Assembly: GCA_016182605.1 (NCBI GenBank)
Contig: JACPGE010000004.1
Span: forward strand, 1,402 to 65,401
Reading direction: 5' to 3'
DNA length: 64,000 bases
Source: Candidatus Hydrogenedentota bacterium
GTDB taxonomy: Bacteria > Hydrogenedentota > Hydrogenedentia > Hydrogenedentales > JAEUWI01
Both the position numbers and the translations under genes were made by a program. The notes under the pieces are model-generated. The model made no database searches, was not told where the DNA came from, and worked only from the letters and a program-made list of their open reading frames with translations. Every line of letters starts with the position of its first letter. Position 1 is the first letter of the stretch. This document shows, piece after piece, positions 30,384 through 41,977 of the stretch.

Positions 30384-31481
30384 CTATACCGCGACTGTCT
30401 CGCACAGGCCGATGGCATCCAGAATCGCGCCCTCTTCCGCGTCCACCGTCATCGGGGCCTCGGCGGCCTTGATCGCGTTGTCCGGATCCTTCAATCCGTG
30501 TCCCGTCAGAATGCACACCACGCGCAGCTTGCTGCCCACGCGCGGCGTCTTGTCATTGAAGTAGCCGTTATCCGAAAGCTTCTGAAGGCCCGCCACACTG
30601 GCCGCGCTCGCAGGTTCGCAGAAAATGCCCTCAGTCGCTGCAAGCAGTTTGTACGCCTCCTTAATCTGGTGATCCGTCACCATGCCGATTACGCCGCCGG
30701 ATTCGTCGCGCGCCGCCTCGGCCTGCTTCCAGCTTGCGGGATTTCCGATGCGGATCGCGGTAGCAAAGGTCTGCGGATTGTCAATGGCGTGGCCCAGGAC
30801 GATCGGCGCGGATCCCGCCGCCTGAAAGCCCAGCATGATCGGCAGGCTCCGGGAACGGCCCGCGGCCAGGTATTCCTTGTAGCCCTTCCAATACGCGGTG
30901 ATGTTGCCCGCGTTGCCCACCGGCATTGACTGAAAATCCGGCGCTTCGCCCTCGAAGTCGTCGAGAATCTCGAAGGCGCCCGACTTCTGGCCCTCGATCC
31001 GGTAAGGGTTCACCGAGTTCACCAGTGCGATGGGGTGCCGTTCGCACACGTCGCGCACGAGCTTCAACGCATCATCGAAGTTCCCCCGGATCTGCACCAC
31101 CTTGGCGCCATGGATCATCGCCTGGGAAAGCTTGCCCATGGCGATCTTCCCCTCCGGGATCAGCACCGCGCACCGGATGCCCGCCCGCGCCGCATAGGCC
31201 GCCGCCGAAGCCGAGGTGTTGCCCGTGGAAGCGCACATGACTGCCTTGAAGCCGTCTTCCACGGCCTTCGTAATGGCCATTGTCATGCCGCGGTCCTTGA
31301 AGGAGCCCGTCGGATTCAACCCTTCGTACTTAAGCCAAATCTCGAGGCGCGGATGTATCGCGGCGCTCAGCTTATAAGCCGGCACCATGGGCGTCGAACC
31401 CTCACAAAGGGAAACAATGCAGGTTTTGTCCGATACCGGCATAAACTCGCGGTAGCGTTCAATCAATCCGGGGTTGCGCAT
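30384..31481 (-). CDS. thrC: Threonine synthase (short type)
   Basis: PLP-lysine motif TGSFKDRGM. Near-collinear with my recollection of B. subtilis ThrC (EFLPVTD, CASTGNTSAAAAAYAARA, VNSVNPYRIEGQK, GNAGNITAYWKG). Confidence 0.9.
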   Translation of the reverse strand: MRNPGLIERYREFMPVSDKTCIVSLCEGSTPMVPAYKLSAAIHPRLEIWLKYEGLNPTGSFKDRGMTMAITKAVEDGFKAVMCASTGNTSASAAAYAARAGIRCAVLIPEGKIAMGKLSQAMIHGAKVVQIRGNFDDALKLVRDVCERHPIALVNSVNPYRIEGQKSGAFEILDDFEGEAPDFQSMPVGNAGNITAYWKGYKEYLAAGRSRSLPIMLGFQAAGSAPIVLGHAIDNPQTFATAIRIGNPASWKQAEAARDESGGVIGMVTDHQIKEAYKLLAATEGIFCEPASAASVAGLQKLSDNGYFNDKTPRVGSKLRVVCILTGHGLKDPDNAIKAAEAPMTVDAEEGAILDAIGLCETVAV

Positions 31482-31553
31482 GTACTCGTTCCTGGTTTTC
31501 GTGGTCTCAGCGGTTTCAAAAATGGGAGGGGCCCGTTTGGCCGCGGCTCCGCG

Positions 31554-32828
31554 CTACAGCACCCGCAGCAAGTGCGTGGGCTCCAGCACAAACGCATTGG
31601 CGTCTATCTCGTCCAGGGCCGCAGCGATACTCGACTCCAGACACTTGTGCGTCATCAGCACAATGTGCGCGGGCACGTTTTCCTGCTCTTCCTTCTGGAT
31701 ACACGAAGCAATACTCACCCCATGCTTGCCCAGACTCGAGCAGACCTTTCCCAATACTCCGGGATGATCTTCCGTGGTCAGGCGCAGGTAATAGCGCCCC
31801 TGCAACAGGCCAATATCGCGCACGGCCAGCTTGTGGGTATAGCGGAAGGGGGGGACCGGCGCACCATTCGTGTTGCGCGCAATATCCACAATGTCGCTCA
31901 CCACCGCGCTCGCCGTGGGCAAACGCCCGGCGCCCCGGCCATAGTAAAGGGTGTTGTCGGCGATGTCGCTCTTCACGAACACCGCATTGAATTCATTGCG
32001 CACCGACGCGAGCAGATGCTCCTTCGGCACCAGCGTCGGGTGAACCCGCGCCTCCACCTCGCCATCGGACTTCTGCACAATCGCGAGCAACTTGATCAGG
32101 TAACCCATCTCGCGGGCGTAGGCCACGTCCAAATGCGTCACTTTGGTCACGCCCTCAACGTAAATATCGTTCAAGTCGATTGGCGTGCTGTAGGCCAGCG
32201 AAGCCAGAATCTGGCACTTGTGCGCAGTGTCGTGGCCCAAGACATCCAGGTCGGGCGGGGTCTCCGCGAACCCCTTCGCAATGGCCTGCTTCAAGACCGG
32301 CTCAAAGTCGAGTTCGTCTTCCGTCATCCGCGTGAGAATGTAATTGCACGTGCCGTTCACAATGCCATAGATGGCCCGGATATTGTTCGCCGCCAGGCCC
32401 TCGCGCAGGGCCTTGATGATCGGTATACCGCCCGCCACCGCCGCCTCATAGCGCAACTCCACGCCATGCTCCACCGCCTTCGCGCAGAGTTCCTCGCCGT
32501 GCTTCGCCAGCAGCATCTTGTTTGCCGTCACCACATGCTTGCCCGCGCCCAGCGCCTCCAGGATGAAGGTCTTGGCCACCCCTTCGCCGCCAATCAATTC
32601 GCAAACGATATTCACCGCCGGATCGGCGATCAGCGCCTTGGCATCCGCGCTCACCGTCACCCCCGTCAGATCGAATTCCTTCAGGTTCTCCGTGTTCAAT
32701 TCGGCCACGTGGCGCAATTCCACGGCCACGCCCGTCTTGTCCGCAATGACGCCGCCATTGGACAACAGCGTCTGTATCACGCCGCCGCCCACGGTGCCCG
32801 CGCCAATGACGCCTACTCCATAAGACAT
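31554..32828 (-). CDS. hom: Homoserine dehydrogenase
   Basis: NAD-binding VGVIGAGTVGGGV, a catalytic domain, and a C-terminal ACT domain. Confidence 0.9.
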   Translation of the reverse strand: MSYGVGVIGAGTVGGGVIQTLLSNGGVIADKTGVAVELRHVAELNTENLKEFDLTGVTVSADAKALIADPAVNIVCELIGGEGVAKTFILEALGAGKHVVTANKMLLAKHGEELCAKAVEHGVELRYEAAVAGGIPIIKALREGLAANNIRAIYGIVNGTCNYILTRMTEDELDFEPVLKQAIAKGFAETPPDLDVLGHDTAHKCQILASLAYSTPIDLNDIYVEGVTKVTHLDVAYAREMGYLIKLLAIVQKSDGEVEARVHPTLVPKEHLLASVRNEFNAVFVKSDIADNTLYYGRGAGRLPTASAVVSDIVDIARNTNGAPVPPFRYTHKLAVRDIGLLQGRYYLRLTTEDHPGVLGKVCSSLGKHGVSIASCIQKEEQENVPAHIVLMTHKCLESSIAAALDEIDANAFVLEPTHLLRVL

Positions 32829-33069
32829 AAACTTCCCTTTCTAACGCCAGGATCGGAACAGTTCAGGCCCGGACTCGCCGGGTTAACGCTGTTCATAGTG
32901 CGTCCGCACCGGTCATGGCTCATGCGCCATGTACCGGAGAATTACATCATCACCATGGGATCCCACAAACGCTTCGACTTGTCATTGGCTCCACATCCCC
33001 CTTAATCCCCCTTCGAAGGGGGACTAAGGGGGATGTGGGCCACCAATTGCATTTCTCGTCAACGGCCCC

Positions 33070-33318
33070 TCAGCCAACTTCCAACACGCAGAGCACATCG
33101 CCCACTGTCACCTCGTCCCCCTCCGAAACGCGGTATTCCATCAGCGTGCCGGACTCCGGACTTGGAACGACGAATGCCGCCTTGTCCGTCGTCAATTCCA
33201 GCAGGTCGTCTCCCGCTTTCAGGGCCGCTCCCGCTTTCTGCAGCCAGAAGGCCACCACGCCCTTCGTCACTGCGTCATCATCGTCCCCCAGGCTCGGCAA
33301 ATTCACCTCAATCCGCAT
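33070..33318 (-). CDS. Stand-alone lipoyl-attachment domain protein (about 82 aa)
   Basis: MRIEVNLPSLGDD...ELTTDKAAFVVPSPESG has the lipoyl-lysine TDKA motif in a classic E2-lipoyl-domain context. Its start overlaps the lipA stop by 11 nt. Confidence 0.5.
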   Translation of the reverse strand: MRIEVNLPSLGDDDDAVTKGVVAFWLQKAGAALKAGDDLLELTTDKAAFVVPSPESGTLMEYRVSEGDEVTVGDVLCVLEVG

Positions 33319-34216
33319 GCTGTTCCGCTCCTGACGTTTGCAGCCGTTCCCGGCCAAATTCCGACTGCAGCAGCGCCTCCGAACGGTAGGAACTGCGTAC
33401 AAAGGGCCCCGCCACCGCGAACGAAAAACCCATGTCCCGCGCCATGGATTCATACCGTGTGAAGATCTCCGGCGGAATGAACGCCTCCACGTCCTGATGC
33501 TTCGGCGTCGGCTGCAAATACTGCCCCATGCTCACCGCATCGCAACCCGCCACCAACAGGTCATGCAAGGTCTCCTGGATGTCCGCCTCCGTCTCGCCGC
33601 AGCCCAGCATGAAGGAAGACTTCACAAAGCCGCGCCCTATGCGCGCCCGGGCAATGCGCAACACCTCCAAAGAGAGGTCATAGCTGAATCGGCGATCCCG
33701 AAGCTTCGGGAATATGCGGCGCACGGTCTCTATGTTGTGGCTGAAAATCTCCGGCTTCGCCGCTACAATAAGTTCAATCGCCGGTACATCCCCCACGAAA
33801 TCCTGTACCAGTACTTCCTGCGTCGTGCCGGGAGAGAGCCGCTTGATCGCACGGATCGTCGCCGCAATGTGCCCTGCACCGCCGTCCGGAAGATCGTCCC
33901 GCGTCACAGAGGTCAGCACCGCGTGCCGCAGCCCCAGCCGGCGCACCGCCTCCGCCACCTTCTCCGGCTCGTCCGGGTCGGGCGCCATCGGCTTGCCGCT
34001 GTTCACCGCGCAGTAGGTGCAATGGCGCGTGCACGTGTTCCCCAGTACCATGAAGGTCGCCGTGCGGCGGCTCCAACACTCCGACTGGTTCGGACAATGC
34101 GCGCTCTGGCACACCGTGTGCAGATCCATCCCGTTCAGGAGATCCTTCACTTCGCGGAACGCCTTGCCCGACGGCCACGGACGCCGAATCCAGGTGGGGA
34201 ATTGATTTAAAGCCAT
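33308..34216 (-). CDS. lipA: Lipoyl synthase
   Basis: Radical-SAM and auxiliary cluster cysteines: CQSAHCPNQSEC...CTRHCTYCAV. Confidence 0.9.
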   Translation of the reverse strand: MALNQFPTWIRRPWPSGKAFREVKDLLNGMDLHTVCQSAHCPNQSECWSRRTATFMVLGNTCTRHCTYCAVNSGKPMAPDPDEPEKVAEAVRRLGLRHAVLTSVTRDDLPDGGAGHIAATIRAIKRLSPGTTQEVLVQDFVGDVPAIELIVAAKPEIFSHNIETVRRIFPKLRDRRFSYDLSLEVLRIARARIGRGFVKSSFMLGCGETEADIQETLHDLLVAGCDAVSMGQYLQPTPKHQDVEAFIPPEIFTRYESMARDMGFSFAVAGPFVRSSYRSEALLQSEFGRERLQTSGAEQHAD

Positions 34217-34469
34217 GGTGCTAAACTCGAATTGGTACTGGGGTTAGGGACACGACGCCGGAAATCGCGCCCATTATAGCACGCCCGTATGCGCCCTTAA
34301 ACCCGGAACAGACCGTGCCGTCAGTCTCACGGTTGCCTGTAAACTTCGCCTCGATCCCCAACCTTGACCACGATAATAAGCGTAATCTGTATTTCACACC
34401 GTGGTGAAGCATGCGTGTCTGACACCCATGCCGAGGGATCTCTCCGTGCGCAGGAGTCAGGAACAGCCG

Positions 34470-34793
34470 CTATTCAGCAAACAATGCCGCCAGGCCTTGA
34501 AGCACAAGCTTCTGCGTGGCGGGCGCAATCCGGCCCAGGCGCTTCACGATCCGGGTTTTGTCCACCGTACGCAACTGGTCGAGAACAATCTGCCCGTCTT
34601 TCCCTTCGAACCGGCATGACACCCGTGTCGGGTAGTCCCTGCCTTTGCTCGTCATGGGCGCGATGAGGGCCGTTCTGATGTTCAGGTTCATTTCATCGGG
34701 AGAAACAACTAGACAAGGCCTCGTCTTCTGAATTTCGGCGCCAACCGTGGGATCAAGACAGACGAGGTAAACGTCGAAGCGCTTGACTACCAT
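34470..34793 (-). CDS. Type II toxin, MazF/PemK-family endoribonuclease
   Basis: MVVKRFDVYLVCLDPTVGAEIQKTRPCLVVSPDEMN is a characteristic PemK/MazF N-terminus. Confidence 0.75.
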   Translation of the reverse strand: MVVKRFDVYLVCLDPTVGAEIQKTRPCLVVSPDEMNLNIRTALIAPMTSKGRDYPTRVSCRFEGKDGQIVLDQLRTVDKTRIVKRLGRIAPATQKLVLQGLAALFAE

Positions 34794-35056
34794 TCCCACT
34801 CCGACTTCTCCCACTCGGTCAACATGATTTCCGGATCCAGCAGGCCGTCGTCACCGCGCTCTGCCATCAACTGAAATTGCTCTGCCCATCCCGCCCGCGG
34901 CCGGGTGCCCGAACGGATCACCAGATGATCGTCTCGCACTTCAAGCTCAATATCTTGCGACAGCTTCAACTCCTCAAGTATCGTCTTCGGGATACGAATG
35001 CCTTGGGAATTGCCTATCTGTATCAATCGCGTCTTGATAAAAGGGGACATTCGCAA
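34787..35056 (-). CDS. Type II antitoxin, MazE/AbrB-SpoVT family
   Basis: Swapped-hairpin motif LIQIGNSQGIRIPKTILEEL. Sits upstream of the toxin and overlaps it by 7 nt. Confidence 0.65.
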   Translation of the reverse strand: MRMSPFIKTRLIQIGNSQGIRIPKTILEELKLSQDIELEVRDDHLVIRSGTRPRAGWAEQFQLMAERGDDGLLDPEIMLTEWEKSEWEW

Positions 35057-35271
35057 ACTCCATCACCCGGATCGGGGTGTGAATACATTGTAATCACTTA
35101 TCAAATCTTCGTCAAGCCTTCGATTTGCCGCGCCACTGCCATATCGAAGGGCTTCGCACACCCTCTTTAACTCCTTCTATTCGTTGACCTTGTCGCGATC
35201 CCTATGCTAGAGTCACCCTGTTATGCTGACTTTATACCCGGGCTGCGGTACGTGCGCCCTGTGGAGAGCCG

Positions 35272-36201
35272 TTGTTGCATCTCAGCGAGCAAAAGCACCT
35301 CTCTCGTCCCAACGCCGAAATTCTCGTCGTGGGCGGGGGTAAAGGCGGCGTTGGCAAAACCTGCTTCTCCGTCAACATGGCGGTGGAGATTGCCCGGCGC
35401 GGCTGGCGCGTCATCCTGCTGGATGCCGACCTGAGCTGCTCCAATATTGAAACGGTGCTCGGCGTCAAATCCAACACCCGTCTGGATGACTTCTTCCACC
35501 AGCGCGGCACCAAGACCCTGGAATCCATCGTCTCGGACACCCCCTACGAGAACCTGCGGCTCATCCCCGGCACGACCGGGCTGCTCGATGTGGCCAACCC
35601 GCGCTATCAGCAGAAAGTGGCCCTCATCAGGGAGTTACGCAATCTCGACGCGGACCTCATTATCGTGGACCTGGACGCCGGCGCCCACCTGAACACCCTG
35701 GACTTCTTCCTGATGACCGAAACCAATGGGGTCTTGGTCATCACCCCCGAGCGCACGAGCATCGACAACGCCTTTAAGTTCTTGCGGGCAGCGCTGTTCC
35801 GCCGGATCGAGCGTTTTTATCAGTCCCCGGAGGTGGGCTACCTCCTCAAGCGCAATGAAACCCTCCACGACTTTATAGAATCTATCCAGAAAGCCGATTG
35901 TTTCGAGAAGGAGACCGGGGACCAGGTCTGCCAGGAACTCCGGGCCCTGGCGCGCTCTTTCCGGCCGCGGATTGTGGTGAGCAAGGCCAACAACGCCTAT
36001 GAGGCCAAGATTGCCGCCAATATCCTCGCCAAGTACGCGCGCCAACTGCTCCACATAGAACCGGACAGCTTGGGCTATGTATACTTCGACAAATACGTTT
36101 CCGATGCGGTGAACGCGGGCGTGCCCTTTGTGGTTGGCCGGCCCCACCTCACCATTTCACACTGCATCAAGGATATGGCGAACCGTTTGGGCTACTTTTA
36201 G
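35272..36201 (+). CDS. MinD/ParA-family P-loop ATPase
   Basis: Deviant Walker A GGGKGGVGKT. MinD/FlhG-like layout. Confidence 0.65.
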   Translation: MLHLSEQKHLSRPNAEILVVGGGKGGVGKTCFSVNMAVEIARRGWRVILLDADLSCSNIETVLGVKSNTRLDDFFHQRGTKTLESIVSDTPYENLRLIPGTTGLLDVANPRYQQKVALIRELRNLDADLIIVDLDAGAHLNTLDFFLMTETNGVLVITPERTSIDNAFKFLRAALFRRIERFYQSPEVGYLLKRNETLHDFIESIQKADCFEKETGDQVCQELRALARSFRPRIVVSKANNAYEAKIAANILAKYARQLLHIEPDSLGYVYFDKYVSDAVNAGVPFVVGRPHLTISHCIKDMANRLGYF

Positions 36202-36218
36202 GGAAGCGAGGCAAACCG

Positions 36219-36893
36219 ATGCCGACAGATCAAACACCCGACCAGAACAACCTTCAAACCGAAGTCGAACAGGACTTTGCCGAGCTGGAAAAAGCGGGCA
36301 AACGGGGCCTGCTGGGGCGCTTTAACACCCGTTTCAATGACGCGCTCCAGAACAGCCGCGGCACCGAGAGGCAACGCGATGCCGTGAAGGAGATCGCGGA
36401 GAGCCCCAACGTCAGCGCCGACGACCTCGCCATCCGCCGCGCACGGAATGTCAGCCTCCAGAAAATGGTTATACCAGAGGGTGTCATCATTGAAGGTTCC
36501 CTGACCGGCGGATCGGACACCGAAATATCGGGAAAAATTGAAGGCAATATCACGGTTGAAGGCCGGCTCTTCCTGGGCGCCAGCGCGCTGGTTTCCGGAA
36601 ATGTCCGGGCGGGCTCGTGCCAGGTGGAAGGCTTGGTCGAGGGCCGTGTCGAATGCAGCGACACCCTCGAACTCAGCAAGTCGGGACGCCTCAACGCCGA
36701 TGTCATTGCCGGAAAGCGAATAAACATTGCCGGCCAGGTGTATGGAAATGTGACGACACCAGGCGTGCTGCGCCTGGCCGAAGGTGGCCGTATCGAAGGC
36801 GACGTTCGGACGCGCAGCCTGACAATGGAAGAAGGGGCGACCCTCAACGGCCTCTGCGCCATGCGGGCCCCCGCACAAAGGAGTGCAAAGTAA
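36219..36893 (+). CDS. Bactofilin (DUF583) cytoskeletal protein with an about 80-aa N-terminal extension
   Basis: Repetitive beta-helical bactofilin core (ISGKIEGNITVEGRLFLGASALVSGNVRAGSCQVEGLVEGRVEC...). Confidence 0.75.
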   Translation: MPTDQTPDQNNLQTEVEQDFAELEKAGKRGLLGRFNTRFNDALQNSRGTERQRDAVKEIAESPNVSADDLAIRRARNVSLQKMVIPEGVIIEGSLTGGSDTEISGKIEGNITVEGRLFLGASALVSGNVRAGSCQVEGLVEGRVECSDTLELSKSGRLNADVIAGKRINIAGQVYGNVTTPGVLRLAEGGRIEGDVRTRSLTMEEGATLNGLCAMRAPAQRSAK

Positions 36894-37602
36894 CATTATG
36901 GGTATGTTTGACCCCATTGGATTGCTGGTTGGCTTGATCGGCTTTGCCATGGCCATGTTCGCCCAAGCGAAAGTGAAGAGCGCCTATGCCAAATGGTCAC
37001 AAGTCGGCGCCCGCTCGGGCATCACCGGGGCCGAAATCGCCAAGCGCATGATGTACGACAACAACATCGACGATGTGTCCCTGGAGTGCATCCCCGGAGA
37101 AATGACCGACCACTACGACCCCACGGCCAAGGTCGTGCGCCTCTCGGAGGCGACCTACAACGGCCGCAGCATTGCCGCGCTGGGCATCGCGGCCCACGAA
37201 ATTGGCCACGTGATCCAGCATGCCCAGGGTTACACGCCGTTGCAACTGCGCAGCTTCGTATACCCCGTGGCGAGTATCGGCTCCAACGCCGCCGTGCCCC
37301 TCATCATGATCGGCCTCGTCCTGTCCTACATGGGCGCATCCATGCCGTGGCTCATCTGGGCGGGCGTTTACCTCTTCGCCGCCGCGGTCGCCTTCACCTT
37401 CATCACCCTGCCGGTGGAATTCAACGCCAGCAGCCGCGCCCTCAAGGCCCTGGCGCATGGCGGCATTCTCCGGGAAGAGGAGATGGTGGGCGCAAAGAGC
37501 GTGCTCAACGCCGCGGCCCTGACCTATGTCGCCGCAGCCGCCGCAGCCGCACTGCAACTCATGCATTTCGTCATGATTGCCATGAACCAAGACCGCCGCT
37601 AG
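36883..37602 (+). CDS. YugP-family membrane zinc metallopeptidase
   Basis: HEIGH zinc motif, C-terminal TM helices, and overall YugP (Zn_peptidase_2) layout. Confidence 0.6.
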   Translation: MQSNIMGMFDPIGLLVGLIGFAMAMFAQAKVKSAYAKWSQVGARSGITGAEIAKRMMYDNNIDDVSLECIPGEMTDHYDPTAKVVRLSEATYNGRSIAALGIAAHEIGHVIQHAQGYTPLQLRSFVYPVASIGSNAAVPLIMIGLVLSYMGASMPWLIWAGVYLFAAAVAFTFITLPVEFNASSRALKALAHGGILREEEMVGAKSVLNAAALTYVAAAAAAALQLMHFVMIAMNQDRR

Positions 37603-37615
37603 AGAAACGATCTCA

Positions 37616-38761
37616 ATGAAAGCACCGCGTGCAGGCCGGACCCGGACTTCCTGGTCCGGCCTCACCTTTTTACTGTTCTTCATTTCCACAGTATCCCCCC
37701 TTTGGGCACAAAACGAAGCTTTCCGCATCCGGGGGGTCGGCGCCGCCGAAGGCAGCAACTTCGATGTGCGCCGCAGCGCCCTCCAGGCCGCCTTTCAAAA
37801 CGCCATCCAACAGGTGCTCGACGTGAAGATCGCCGAGCCCGACCTCGCCACGAACCGCCGCATTCTGCGTTACGCCGAGCGCTACATCCCCAATTACACC
37901 GTGGTGGAACAAAGCCAGGGCGCCGAGGGCGTCACCATCTCCATCGATGCCGAGGTCGATCAAGAGACCCTGGAATACGACATCTCCGCCTTGATCCTGC
38001 CACGCCTCACCACACCCCCGTCGGTACAGTTCATCCTCGCCGAAGACCACGACGGCACGGCCCGTCTCGCCACGCGCAACTCGGGGACCGCACAGACGAT
38101 CTTCGACGCGGGGCTCGAAAACCTCAAGGTGGAGGGCCACAGCCCGGAAGAACTCCTCGATATGTTCTCTGAGGCGACACTGCTGGAGGCCATCTACGGC
38201 GACGTGGCCGCAGCGAGTCAGATCGCACGCGCAGCCCTCACCGACACCGTGGTCATGGGCCGCATCTCCGTGAGCGCGCTGGCTGCCTCTCCTGGCTCGC
38301 CCATGCTCGAGCACACCGCCCAGGCCGCCCTGCGCGTGTTCCGCACCTCAGACGGCAAAATGCTCGACGACATTACTTCCAGGGCGGTCGTTCTGAGCCG
38401 CCCGGAGATCTCGGGCAGTGACCAGGCCATCGAAGACGCCTGCAAGAAGCTCATCGGACCCACGGTGGTCGCCGCGGTGATGACCGTCGTGAGTGATCAG
38501 CCGAAAGACCGGGTGATCATCACCGTGGAGACCCCGCAGAGCCAGGAGAACTGGACCTCCATCAAAGACGCCCTGACCCAGGACGCCGCGGTATTCTCGG
38601 TCGAGGATCTCTTCTTCACGGAAAAACGCGCGCGCCTCCGCCTCGCCTACGACGGCCCCATGGGCCACCTCGCCGATCTGCTCTCCGGGCTGCCCGTCCA
38701 TGGCGGCACACTCACGGTCGACCGCGCCGTGGGCCGGAATATGACGGTAAGCCTGCACTGA
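37616..38761 (+). CDS. Hypothetical secreted protein
   Basis: Signal peptide (LTFLLFFISTVSPLWAQ). No recognisable motifs. Adjacent to the bactofilin/peptidase genes on the same strand. Confidence 0.4.
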   Translation: MKAPRAGRTRTSWSGLTFLLFFISTVSPLWAQNEAFRIRGVGAAEGSNFDVRRSALQAAFQNAIQQVLDVKIAEPDLATNRRILRYAERYIPNYTVVEQSQGAEGVTISIDAEVDQETLEYDISALILPRLTTPPSVQFILAEDHDGTARLATRNSGTAQTIFDAGLENLKVEGHSPEELLDMFSEATLLEAIYGDVAAASQIARAALTDTVVMGRISVSALAASPGSPMLEHTAQAALRVFRTSDGKMLDDITSRAVVLSRPEISGSDQAIEDACKKLIGPTVVAAVMTVVSDQPKDRVIITVETPQSQENWTSIKDALTQDAAVFSVEDLFFTEKRARLRLAYDGPMGHLADLLSGLPVHGGTLTVDRAVGRNMTVSLH

Positions 38762-38836
38762 GGGCGCCAAGATCCGGCAGAAAAAATGAGTTCAAATAGG
38801 TCCTATACGTCTTATATGACCTATATTCCCATGGCA

Positions 38837-38876
38837 ATGCGCAGGGCCCTTCCCACACTTTGGGAAAGACCCCGCA
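38837..38876. repeat. 40-bp direct repeat, left copy, flanking the hicBA cassette. Contains the palindrome TTCCCACACTTTGGGAA.
   Basis: atgcgcagggcccttcccacactttgggaaagaccccgca, which differs at 2 of 40 positions from the copy at 39404..39443. Confidence 0.8.
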
Positions 38877-38929
38877 CTTGTTAGTCGTTCCAGTCTGCCG
38901 TGTTATACTCCCTATCTGAGGATCAAGGC

Positions 38930-39169
38930 ATGCGCTTTTATACGTTCGAGATCGTGATTGAGAAGGAACCCGAAGACGAAGGCTATTTTGCCTATAGTCC
39001 CGGGTTGCCGGGCTGCTTCAGCAATGGATCGACGATCGAAGAAGCCAAGCGGAACATTCGTGAGGCCGTTCAGCAACACCTGCTGACCCTGACTTCCCGG
39101 GGCGAACCCATCCTCCACAGTGAAAACATGGTTCACGTGGAAGAACTTACCGTGGGACTTCCCGATTGA
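38930..39169 (+). CDS. hicB: HicB-family antitoxin
   Basis: MRFYTFEIVIEKEPEDEGYFAYSPGLPGCFSNGSTIEEAKRNIREA is a typical HicB/UPF0150 fold. A TATACT -10-like element lies about 25 nt upstream. Confidence 0.7.
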   Translation: MRFYTFEIVIEKEPEDEGYFAYSPGLPGCFSNGSTIEEAKRNIREAVQQHLLTLTSRGEPILHSENMVHVEELTVGLPD

Positions 39170-39393
39170 CCCGCATGCCCCAAGTTACGGCCCGGGAATT
39201 GATCGTGTTCCTATGCGCCCAGGGTTTCATAGAAGATCGTCAATCCGGGAGCCATCTCACCCTGTGGCACGAAACCAGGCGCATTTCCGTGACCGTGCCC
39301 GTTCATACGGGGTGTGACGTGGGACGCGGCTTGGCGATTCGAATCTTGAAAGACGCCGGATTCAGCGTCGAAGACTTTCTCCAACTGCGTTAA
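39166..39393 (+). CDS. hicA: HicA-family mRNA interferase toxin
   Basis: ARELIVFLCAQGFIEDRQSGSHLTLWH is a YcfA/HicA motif. 4-nt overlap with hicB. Confidence 0.75.
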   Translation: MTRMPQVTARELIVFLCAQGFIEDRQSGSHLTLWHETRRISVTVPVHTGCDVGRGLAIRILKDAGFSVEDFLQLR

Positions 39394-39403
39394 TTCGAAA
39401 AAA

Positions 39404-39443
39404 ATGCGCGGGGCCCTTCCCACACTTTGGGAAAGACCCCGCG
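39404..39443. repeat. 40-bp direct repeat, right copy, flanking the hicBA cassette
   Basis: atgcgcggggcccttcccacactttgggaaagaccccgcg. Confidence 0.8.
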
Positions 39444-39477
39444 ATTTTTGCTATCGGCTGGCAAACGCCCAATCCGC

Positions 39478-41574
<2,097 letters not shown>

Positions 41575-41977
41575 TTAGTGCAAAAAGGGAAGGGATTGAC
41601 GAGGAGGACTGCTCTAAGCTGCAACACCCGGCACCTGCGCACGTGTCATTCTGGAGCAGGTAAGGGTGGCAGGCCTGCGCCAGGTTGAACCACACCGGCC
41701 ACACGGAGGGGGCAGCCGATTAGGAAGGGAAAGCGAAGGTTCGTGCTAGTTCAGAGTATTGAGCAACTACGAAAAATTAATATACTCTCATTAATTGTAT
41801 ATTTGGTCAATCAAATACCCCTCGTTTCGCACGGCGCGCGCCCCCTCTGACCCCTGTCCTTGTGGAATCGTCTTCGCAGTTCAGGGTGCTTGATTGGGCT
41901 CAGGGTGCGGTGTATGTTTTGAAGCACCGTAAACGTCACGAGTCGCAGGTGTCGATCACATCACCAGAGGACAACCC

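Noticed and set aside
31035-33005. 656-aa plus-strand ORF spanning thrC and hom on the opposite strand
   Set aside because: It spans two well-supported minus-strand genes, so it is a GC-driven open frame.
41741-41790. Possible CIRCE/HAIR heat-shock operator upstream of dnaK
   Set aside because: Only weak, imperfect dyads are present, and neither the TTAGCACTC-N9-GAGTGCTAA nor the CTTGAGT-N7-ACTCAAG consensus is matched.
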